DNA from: Selaginella moellendorffii
Lineage: Eukaryota > Plantae > Lycopodiophyta
Length of the DNA: 64,000 nucleotides
Reading direction: 5' to 3'
Assembly (NCBI RefSeq): GCF_000143415.4
Contig: NW_003314320.1
Span: 1,005,231 to 1,069,230, forward strand
This document shows, piece by piece, positions 52,969 through 64,000 of the stretch (its first letter is position 1; each line of letters starts with the position of its first letter). Below the pieces are notes generated by a model. The model was not told where the DNA came from. It saw only the letters and a list, made by a program, of their open reading frames with translations, and did not search any database. The translations under genes and the position numbers were made by a program.

Positions 52969-54850
52969 TTACAAGGAAATTTCACCTTCGTCGTCGTCAA
53001 GGCTCGCGTTCTTCCAATGTTCCGGGAGCTTCCATTTCCTGTGCCACCGCACAGACACACGAGACCACATTGGAAACTCGAAGCTATCGTCTTCCGGGGG
53101 GCCGTCGAGACGCCCATCGATCGTGAGTGGAAGCCACACGTATCTCGAGTCGCTCAGATTCCCCGGGTTCCAGCGATCGGCGACGAACACGAATAGATCT
53201 CGCAGCCCCGGCAGCGGAAGAACAAACGCGACCTGGGAGAAGAAGGTGGTGAGCCGAAACTCGTCCGAGGCACCCACGCACGGATCGCCCAGAGTCTCCC
53301 ACGGCCCCAGCATCGATTCGGCCGCGTGGAGCAGCGCTTGATTCGGCCACCACCCCGTGCACCCCGACGTGATCATGTAGAAGAAGTTGCCGTGCTTGAA
53401 GACGGCCGGAGCTTCCCTGTGCTGGTTGACGAGCGCGCGCGAGACTGCTGGAGAGAGGCCCAGGTAGTCGGGAGTGAGCTGGGAGATGTGGAGCTCGCTG
53501 TTGGATTGCGACGAGTAGACGAGGAAGGCAGAGCCATCGTCCTCGTCCTTGAAGATGGTCATGTCCCTGCTATCGAAGCCGTGTGGTTTCGTGCTGCCCA
53601 GGTACGTGAAGGGGCCGAGGGGAGACGAGCTCGTCGCGATGCCGACGCTGGCCTTGGAATAGTTTGCGTTGTCGATGTGCAAGTACATGACGAACTGCCG
53701 GGTGTGATTGTTGAAGATGACTTTGGGACGCTCGGCAACGTTGCTGGTGTGGAGATCGCTGCTGGTGTTGGTGGTGTCGGCTTTGAGAACCAGGCCCTCG
53801 TTCTTCCAGCGCCAGAGGTCTTGCGAGGAGTAGCAGCTGATGCCTATCAGATCCACCTGTGGAACAGTTTAAATTACAGTGGTGAGAGAAAGCGAAAGAA
53901 AAATACAACTACTGGAGTTCTAGACGACAAAAGCGAATAGCGAAACACTATTGATCGATCGTGAAGGATCGATTTTGTCAAGAACGACACAGTCCGCGAG
54001 AATCTTTTGTAAAGCTTGCAAGAGAACGTCACGTTGAAATGAACAATACAAAGTCATGAAAAGCACATGTCCAAGAGATCTATTTCACGGAAACTATGAA
54101 AGCAAGACGATCATAACAAGCACCAAAAAATAGAGAAAAGGACGACAAGCCCGAGAGATGCAAACAACGAAAGACGATCATGGCAGGCACCAAGGAAAAA
54201 AAAACAATAGAGAAAAGAACGAACAAACGATCAATGCCTGAGAGAAATCGTGATGCAAACAACGCGAGGGAGAAAGAAAGTGAACGCGAAGCAAAGTAAA
54301 CGAAACTTACCCGAGCGCTGGATTTTTTGTGGAGGCGATAAGTCGGTCCTTGCTTGTTCTCTCCATACCAATAGAATGTCCTCGTCTCTGGAGTGTAGAG
54401 AATCCCACCCCCGTGTGCTTGTATCGGCAATCCATTCACATCCCTCCACTCTCTCCCTGGAAAGAAAAAATCCCTTTCCTCCTCGCTGCTGCTGCTGGGA
54501 TCCACGGCGGCCAGATTTCGATCCGGAAAGTAGAACAGGCGCCTGTCCGGCGACAGCTCGCTCAAAGGATCGTCGGAAATGGCCGATTTGGCGGATTTGG
54601 AAGATTTCTTGTGCTTCTTGCCACTGCTGCTCCTGACCGAGAACACCGGAATTTCCTCAATCTCTTCCAGCTCCGAGTAGCGGAGGAGATCGCTGAGCCT
54701 GGCGACCGGATTATCCCTATCCTTACGGCGATTGCTTCGCGCAGTGGCGGCAGAGGGCGAGGAGATCCAACCTGTGAAGAAGTGGAGCGCGACGAGCCAG
54801 GCGACGAGGATCCAGACGAGTGTGGGCAGCGCCAGGGATGTGAATGCCAT
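52969..54850 (-). CDS. Glycoside hydrolase family 43 (GH43_24-like exo-beta-1,3-galactanase), 2 exons (54850-54311, 53856-52969)
   Basis: N-terminal TM anchor; PIQAHGGGI, YWYGENK, ERPKVIFN, DSRDMTIFKD, REAPAVFKH, ADRWNP..SRYVWLPL. Alternative ATG at 54877. Confidence 0.93.
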
Positions 54851-55048
54851 CGCGCCGCCACGAGCGCGAGCATTCATCGGCGACACATCGCAATCCAAAG
54901 TCACTGGAATGTTATTTTTAGGGCCCAATGTTTTTAACCCGAATTTCTTTGGCCAAATACGCAAGAATGTAGCTGCCCACTTGGCAGAGTGTTGTCCGTC
55001 CGATCTTTGAAACGTTTAGAGGTTTTTAGGGTTCTTTGCTGCTACCAA

Positions 55049-56286
55049 ATGTCAGGGGAAGAGGATGATGAGGCGCTGGCAGCGAGCTCATCGGAGGAGG
55101 AGGAAGAAGACGAAGATCAAGTAGCTGGAGATCGAGGCGAAGAGGGCGATGGATCGTTATCGGGATCCGAGGGGTCGGAAGAGGTGCGGGATTCTTCTTT
55201 TTTTCCAAAATGAAGTAGGGCTCAGTGTTTGGATTCCAGGAAGAAATGTTGCGGTGTGCGGTCGCGGATGTTCCATTCGAGCTTCTCCAGAAGGCAAAAG
55301 CCGAGGGGCATTCAAAGATTGCTCGGGGCAAAACAAAGGCAGACTTGAAACGCTTGAATAAGAACAGGTATCCCGTGGTTCTGTGCTTCAATAGAAAATG
55401 ATAAATTGGAGGTTTTTGCTCCAGGCCGATGGAAATCTCGAGTAAGAAGCCGGTTGGCAGATTCAGGGACGTGATGCAGACATCAAAACGAGTAAGACTT
55501 TTTTTTTTTTCTTCTGGAGACTTGATGAGTTTTTTTCTTTTCTTTTGTTCTTCTTTCTTACAGGTGATACGTGATCCTCGATTCGAATCGCTGTGCGGAG
55601 ACTACGATGAATCGCGGTAGTGGTTTGCGTGCACCTGTGAAATTTTCTACTGATGAAACTTTACAGGTTTAAAAAGGCATACAATTTTATTTACGACGAA
55701 CAGCTCCCAGCTGAACGACAAGTGAGTTAGTTCCTTCAAGAAAATCACAGTTACGGATATATATCGTTGTCCTTAGGAACTCTTCAAGTCATTGAAGAAA
55801 GCGAAAGATCCCGAGCTGATTTCCGAGAAGAAAAACGAAATCTCTTTGATGGTAAAGTCCTGAACTGTGTGGCGATTTCTAGTGTAGTCTTTGAATCGCA
55901 GGAAAGGCAGCTGCAATCTGAGAGGGACAGAAGAAAGCATGCCGAAAAAGCAGCCGAGCAAAAAAGGATGGAACGAGAACTAGTCAAGCAGGGAAAGAAG
56001 CCATTCTACATGAAGAAATGTAAGCTCGAAACCAATCACCCTCACACTCTTTTGTCTAAATCGTCTCCATTTTCTTCGTGCAGCTGACAAACGACGAGCT
56101 GCTCTGATCGAAAAGTACAAAGAATTAAAGGTGAGAGTAGACATTCTCCTTTCTTTCTCCCAGGTTTTTCATCTTCTCACAAAAAATTTTGGGCTCCAGA
56201 CCTGCGGAAAGCTCGAAAATTTCCTCGCGAAGAGGAGGCAAAAGAACGCTGCGAAGGACCATAGATATGTGCCTTACAGGCGATAG
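55049..56286 (+). CDS. RRP36: rRNA biogenesis protein RRP36 (DUF947), multi-exon
   Basis: Acidic N-terminus; RLNKNRPMEISSKKPVGRFR, RDPRFESLCG, FKKAYNFIYD, KQGKKPFYMKKS, KYKELK..GKLENFLAKRRQKNAAKDHRYVP. Confidence 0.92.
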
Positions 56287-56368
56287 CATCTGCTTAATAA
56301 ACTCTGTTTTACTATAACTATAACCGCGTTTAAGCTAAAACAAATATATTGGTTTAGGGCTATTGTTC

Positions 56369-56398
56369 TAGGGTTTGGCGCCGCCGGGGATAGGGTTT
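56369..56398 (+). promoter_or_regulatory. Two telo-boxes (TAGGGTTT) upstream of RPL23A
   Basis: Exact motifs at 56369-56376 and 56391-56398, just before the ATG at 56413. Confidence 0.7.
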
Positions 56399-56412
56399 AG
56401 AGGCGACGAGCG

Positions 56413-57087
56413 ATGGCGCCTCCGACAGCCAAAGGTAATCGCCGCATTCTCTCTCGATTTCGTCCATACCGAATCGCCGCTGTGTTCTAGGCAAGGATGC
56501 CAAATCCAAGGCCGCCAAGGCAGCGAAGGCGGTGAAGAATCCGGCACCGAAGATCCGGCGGAGGAGGGTCCGGACCTCTGTGACGTTCCACAGGCCCAAG
56601 ACCCTGAAGCAGGCAAGAGCTCCCAAGTATCCCCGCCTCAGCGCCCCAAATCGCGAGAAGCTGGATCACTACAAGGTGCTCAAGTACCCGCTCACCACCG
56701 AGTCGGCCATGAAGAAGATCGAGGATAACAACACCCTGGTCTTCATCGTCGACATCCGGGCCGACAAGAAGAAGATCAAGAACGCCGTGAAGATGATGTA
56801 CGATATCCAGACCAAGAAGGTGAACACGCTGATCAGGTAATCTTTCTTTCTTTCTTTCCTCGGTGGTAGTCTCGTTTGTCTTTTCAATTCACTTCTTCGT
56901 GTGTGGGCTTACCGTTTCTTGGTTCTTTTGTCTGATTGATTTTGGCTTTCTAGCTTCTCATTGTTTTCATTCATGGGCTTACCACTTTCTTCTTTTTTCC
57001 AGACCTGATGGGCTGAAGAAGGCGTACGTGAGGCTTACAGCAGACATCGACGCTTTGGATGTGGCGAACAAGATTGGCATCATCTAA
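56413..57087 (+). CDS. RPL23A: 60S ribosomal protein L23a (uL23), 3 exons
   Basis: [44 protein letters not shown]|[27 protein letters not shown]. Exons about 56413-56434, 56491-56836, 57003-57087. Confidence 0.97.
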
Positions 57088-57827
57088 GCTAAGCCTTCCC
57101 GAGTCTGGTTTTTATGTACTGCTCACGCTGCTCGTTAATGCAAAGTTTTGATTTTGATCTTACATACGGCGTCTGTCGTGCCTTGAAGCAAGCCTTGTCA
57201 TGTTTCTGTTTTACTTCAACACACAGTGAACGTCCGAATGTTGCCGAGGCGCACATTGAAAATCCCAATACTGTGTTGCTGGTTCTTAAAGATTCGATGC
57301 GAATTCACGAAAAGGTTCAGTTTTCTTTCTAGCCTGTAAGAGAGAAAGGCTTGCTCTAAACGCTTGCAGGATTGAAAAGTGCATGTCCCACCCTGAGCTT
57401 TTCATGAGCAGCAAATCCATGCCGGTCATTCTGATCCAGAAAAAGACTGATCACCTTTCAAACAGAAATCGAGCAACAATAGTCCAGTCGTTTGCTTGCA
57501 CCGCGTTCCATGAGAGGCTATTTTTCGTTGGGATCCTTCTCATAAAATATCTTGATCCATCGGTTTTGCCACGCATTTCATATACTTCCATTATGGTATG
57601 TGGGCGGCATGGATCTCATGAAAGTAAATGTTCCCATCCAACGCTCGCCATCGCGCCACGTGGCCGGGAGGAGCTTCGCGCCAAGCGCGCTCCGAATTTT
57701 GTAGATTTTTCGATGTCATCGATCATAATATCAAGATCACCTCTGCATGCACAGGATCTTCTCTGAAGCTATACCATACTTTCCGATCAAAATCACCCTC
57801 GAGATCAAATCATCTGGTCTGACCCTG

Positions 57828-58560
57828 ACAGCCTTGTCGTGGTATGCTTCTTTTCTTTCTATTCCTATGTTCCTGTTGTGCCTGCCTATGTCGTGGTCTA
57901 GACGCAGCTCAAAACCTCAGCAAGTAAGCAAAAGAGCTTCGCGATGAGTTTAAGTCCATGGTTTGCTTGGTTCTCTTCTTGAATAGATTTATGTACATTT
58001 TGATTTTTTATAGCTCTTATGTTCTCACCCTTCCTGGCAAGAAGTTTAAAAAGCTCGAGTCTGATTTTTGTTTTTTTTTAATTGACAATCTTGGAGCCCT
58101 CTTGGAGCGCGAGAGAGAAGCGCAGACATGCTTTGAAGTCGCAAGCCAGGACCAACGGAGAATTTCGAGAAACCTCTCGGTTTGCAGCAAGCGCACCAGC
58201 AAAAGCAGGGAGAAAGAACTTTCGAGCGGCTCCAGTTGCTGCAGTGCGAAGCAGAGCAGAGTGGATGGACCTGTTCAATCTCAGAGGTAGAAAAATGTGG
58301 AGAATTGTTATTTGATCCTCGAGCTCTGTTACAGTCCGCGTCTGGACGTGGCTGTCAAATGCATCCGATCAGTAGAAGGAAAAACAATCTTTCAAATAAA
58401 GAAGTCCACTTACGAATGCTTGTTCTGCGGCAGGAAAGAGGTTGAGCTCCTTCCCTTTCAGGTCAGGACATATATCACCTCAGCGGTATGATGGACAGAT
58501 AGCTCATTCTGTGGCCTACGAAGATCCGCTAGCCGGAAGAGGCTTGCTCTCAACGCGTCT
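57828..58560 (+). pseudogene. Deleted duplicate of the Raf-like kinase gene at 60177-61823
   Basis: ATGTCGTGG..AGACGCAGC, LEREREAQ, ERLQLLQCEAEQSGW.CS, LDVAVKCI and ATAGCTC..TCTGTGGCCTACGAAGATC are colinear with the intact gene, with large deletions. Confidence 0.88.
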
Positions 58561-59899
58561 CCTACAAACACTGATCCGGAAACTGAGAGATCAAACGCTT
58601 TGTCGACGCTGGCCTCTTAAAAGTTTGTTTTTCTTCCATTTAGCAGTAAACTTTCTTCCAGCTTCTCTATGCCGGGTCTTCCAAGATGTTGCCAGTACTA
58701 TTAATCCAAACAAACTCGCCAAGCTCTATCTCTTTTTCTTTTTCCAATGTGGCGGATTGGAGCGCGCCAGGTTATCTAAGGAGCGAGCTCGAACGGTGAT
58801 TAAACCAACAAGATCTTTCACGCAGACTGGTCACCTTTCTTAAACTTTTGAAACACTAAAACTCCACTTTCGAGCAGGAATAGTCCGTGATGTGAATAAT
58901 CACAAAAGAGGATACATGTCCGACTGAATGGTTGGGATATAGAGTAAGCTCCCATCACAAATCCGCATTGAGTTTTTTCTTCTGGATTTTTGTGTTTGCC
59001 CTGGAGTCGTTTGTCATGACATCTACCATCTCGAGCAAGATACCGGGAACGGGCATATGTAAACACCACGGCGTTCCACGAGAGGCTATCTTGCTTTGGG
59101 ATCGTCCTAAAATTGATCTTGATGTATTGAGTTTTCCACGCATTTCATAGCAATGCGTGGAAAGTCTTAGGACACAATGCTGCCCCCTGCCATCTCCAGA
59201 AACAGTTGCTGCATCGGTTTAAATTCCCTCTCAGGGTATCTTGCTGATCCAGCGCTGCAGCGCATGGAGATCATCTGCCAAATCCTCTCTCATTCTCCCG
59301 AATGAGCAGCGGATTGGAATAGACGACGGGAACGGTCGCCATTCCGATGCTACTTTTGCCCACACACTCAAACATTAGTCTCGCACGAAATTCTAGAATA
59401 TGTGGTCAAGTAGAGCATGCTCGCATCTCCTTTGGCATCGATGACTGAGACCGTTTGTTGGAATATTTTACAACTTGCCGCCGTTCATTAACATCTCTTC
59501 AGATCTCTTCACACAGACTGTAGAAGCTTCCTGTCTGGGCAATATAAGCTGCCCCAGCCCAATGGTTCACTTGTTTCCTTTTTCATTCTTGGTTTTGTTG
59601 CACTTCGGATGTCTGCTTACCATTTTGTTTGTGTTTTGTGGAGATGGTGCCTTTGATCAACACTACCTCTACCCGTCATTGTAATACAATGAGGTAATAT
59701 TGAACAAAGTCACCATCTCTGCAGAAGACAAACAAAATAGCGGGCTCAATCCAAAAGGTTCATTCCAGTGTGATATTTCTCGCAGCACAAGATGGGCATC
59801 GCGGCCTTTGGTCTTTTTTGGTTCTTTGTTCTGTCAGAAAGAAGTTTTTTTCTTTCTCGTTTGTTTTGCTTTCCAGCTTCTCATTCCACTAGTTTTGGC

Positions 59900-60120
59900 T
59901 TACCATTTTCCTTGGTTGCTCTTTTGTTTTGATCTCTCTTTGCTTGGATAATGTTTTTTCTTCGTTTTCCAGACCTGATGGGCTGAAGAAGAGGCTTACG
60001 GCAGACGAACAAGTTAAGCTAAGCTAAGCTTTCCTGGTTTTATGTACTGCGCTCGCTGCTCGTTAATGCAAAGCTTTGAAAATTTTGATCTTAATATGCC
60101 GCGTCTATCGTACCTTCCAA
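59900..60120 (+). pseudogene. Deleted duplicate of the RPL23A last exon and 3' UTR
   Basis: TTCCAGACCTGATGGGCTGAAGAAG..AGGCTTAC.GCAGAC..GAACAAG..TAAGCTAAGC..TTATGTACTGC matches 56997-57180. Confidence 0.88.
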
Positions 60121-60176
60121 TGCCACAGCCTTGTCGTGGTATGCTCTAAATTCTTTCCTTTGTTCCTGTTGTGACC

Positions 60177-61823
<1,647 letters not shown>

Positions 61824-61965
61824 GACGTAGAAAGTCAAGACGTGGAATCGTCTTGAAGCATATCCAAATATGCTCGATACACTCTAGAGCGATGTGCTCT
61901 AGACTATCATTTTCTCTAGAGTTCCCAATTGCCTGGGGATGCAAAGAAAAGGTTAACGAGCAGCT

Positions 61966-64000
61966 ATGGAAATTGAGGAAATAGAAGGAATGGAAGTGGA
62001 TTACGGGGTACCTTTACACAAAACGGGTGTTGCGTTGGTCCCTGATGCTCGTTCTGGGGTAGTGCTGAAGTGGACGCTAGAAAATGCAGTAGAGAGGAAC
62101 GGGGAGCTTCTTCTGTTCCATGTCCGATCTGTTGTCCGAACAATTACAACTCCTGGTAAGTCACTCTTTAGAAACATCACTTGCATCTAACAAATTGTGT
62201 AAGTTGGGAGAGTACCTGTATCGCAAGTTTCGAAGGAAAAACTTGCAGCGTATATGGTAAGCAAGGAGGCCAAGACAGCGGACTTCTCTCAGGAGCTGCA
62301 AAATGTCTGCAGACGTTATGAGGTCCGATCGGCTTGCTGAAAACTCAAAGGAAACACTTGACTTACAGGTGGAAGCAGAATTCGTTCTCGTAGAGAGCGA
62401 CGATGTTGGTAAGTCTTTGGTGGAGCAAATTGAGAAGTACCAAGTGACAACATTCGTTCTTGGAGAGTCCCGAACAAACCTTCTGTAAGTAAGCAAGCTT
62501 GTTTCCTGCAATGTGACACACAGTTTTAGTTCCTTTCATCAGGAGATTGAGGTCGGGAGTTTCAGACTACGTTCGGAAACATGCTCCAGATTACTGTACT
62601 GTACAGTGCATATCGAAATCCTCGAAATTGGCATCATTCAGGAATGCTTCACCACCGCACTCATTCCCTCGTACAAATTCATCTCCTGCTCGTCCGAGTG
62701 TGGCGGACAAATTCATTTTCCCCTTATCTCCGTCTCCATCCTCTAGCTGGCTGGAAGCTGACGCTTTGAATCGCGAAATTCTCATGGTATCGACCTCTCC
62801 GCTGAAAAGTCACCTATCAATGCGAGGAAGTGACAGTAAGGATGAGATTGCTGAAGGAAGCTACCAACCTCAAACGCCGGAACTAACAGTTGTGCCACCA
62901 GCCTTTCGCACTGAAGAAGAATTCGGAGAGTCTTCGCCCAGTAGTATCATCAGCGAGCCCCTGCCTGCGGATCCCAAGGTTAGATTTACAAGAACAGCAT
63001 TTTGTTCTGACTCTCTCGTGCAGGCTGTAGATCTGGAGCAAATAAACATGCTCAAGCAGCAGTTACAAAATGCCATCGTGGCTGCAAACAAAGCAAAAGA
63101 ATCTGCCGACGCTGAAACACTACGGAGCCAGGAAGCTCGCGAGAAGGCTGATTGGGCTTTAAAACGGGTAAACTGGAGATGCTATCGTCAAAAGTCTTAC
63201 GATTTCATGGCATTCCAGGCGGAAATATTGATGCGAGCGGTCGAGGAGGACAATCAGCGAGAGTATAACACAGCAAAGAAACTGGATGAGGAATCGCAGA
63301 AACGTGCTGAAGCTCTCACGCTTGTCAACACAATGAAAAAAGCACTGGTAGACGAAATCCGAAGGAGGAAGGAAATGGAAAACAGGATAGAGCTCCAATG
63401 TAAAGCAGAAGCTGAGAGAGAGGCCAACAGGCAACAACTGCTCAAGTACACACAATTCACGTTTGAGGAACTCCGAGACATCGCAGACAACTTTTCTGAG
63501 AACAACAAAATAGGAGAGGGATCATACGGTCACGTCTACAAAGGCACTCTCCACAGGACCAACGTAGCAGTCAAGGTTCTAAGACATGATAGTTGGCAAG
63601 GACCACAAGAGTTCGAACAAGAGGTACGTAAACTCACTCGAATTTCTAAAATCTCTAACGAGCATGGGAAAATAAAGGTGGAAGTGCTGAGCCGACTACA
63701 CCATCCTCACATCGTTCTACTGCTAGGCGGAAATCCGGAAAAGAAATGCCTTGTCTACGAGTACCTGGAAAATGGGAGCTTGGAAGATCGACTGTTCTGC
63801 AAGGACGACTCGCCGCCAATCTCATGCCTCACGAGGTACCAGATTGCGGTGGAAGTCGGCACAGCGCTCCTCTTCCTCCACAAGGCAAAGCCACAGCCGA
63901 TCGTGCTCCGGGACCTCAAGCCTTCCAACATCCTGCTAGACAAAAACTACAACAGTAAGATCAGCGACGTTGGGTTGGCAAGATTCATGCCAGGCGACGA
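61966..64000 (+). CDS. USP-domain + coiled-coil + Ser/Thr kinase (PUB33/35/52-like U-box kinase class), 3' truncated by the window
   Basis: VLKWTLEN..LLLFHVR..ITTP and ESDDVGKSLVE..FVLG (USP-like); [95 protein letters not shown]. The U-box itself is not within the window. Confidence 0.88.

Noticed and set aside
57250-59500. Possible PPR-gene remnants at about 57400-57700 and about 59150-59480
   Set aside because: The resemblance is too weak to support by eye.

Overview
Eukaryotic, plant nuclear DNA: short GT-AG introns (mostly 45-110 nt), telo-boxes, very short intergenic gaps and a motile-cilia gene (CFAP119-like) point to a compact-genome, flagellate-sperm land plant, most likely the lycophyte Selaginella (inference). 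Apparently intact genes: an intronless bacterial-type HD-domain hydrolase, a divergent alanyl-tRNA synthetase, a divergent Pol IV/V-type second-largest RNA polymerase subunit (NRPD2/NRPE2-like), a 3xKH RNA-binding protein, a GT47 exostosin, MTP7/MTPC4, CFAP119, a pectin acetylesterase, an F-box protein, a GH43 galactanase, RRP36, RPL23A, a Raf-like kinase and a USP-kinase cut by the window end. Between them lie many pseudogenes, a decayed Ty1/copia element and a 2.4-kb AT-rich tract. Main discoveries: (1) four loci of Crinkler/RHS-type 'header + P-loop NTPase + PD-(D/E)xK nuclease' genes from two families, one nearly intact with a single frameshift at the nuclease active site; (2) the pseudogene debris is not random but consists of colinear, deletion-collapsed copies of neighbouring gene blocks (about 15 kb reduced to about 2.9 kb, about 3 kb to about 0.75 kb), with reciprocal gene loss; (3) substitutions at normally invariant residues in both the NRPD2-like subunit and the AlaRS. 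All identifications come from motif recognition by eye; no searches were run. Exon boundaries and pseudogene limits are approximate unless stated.
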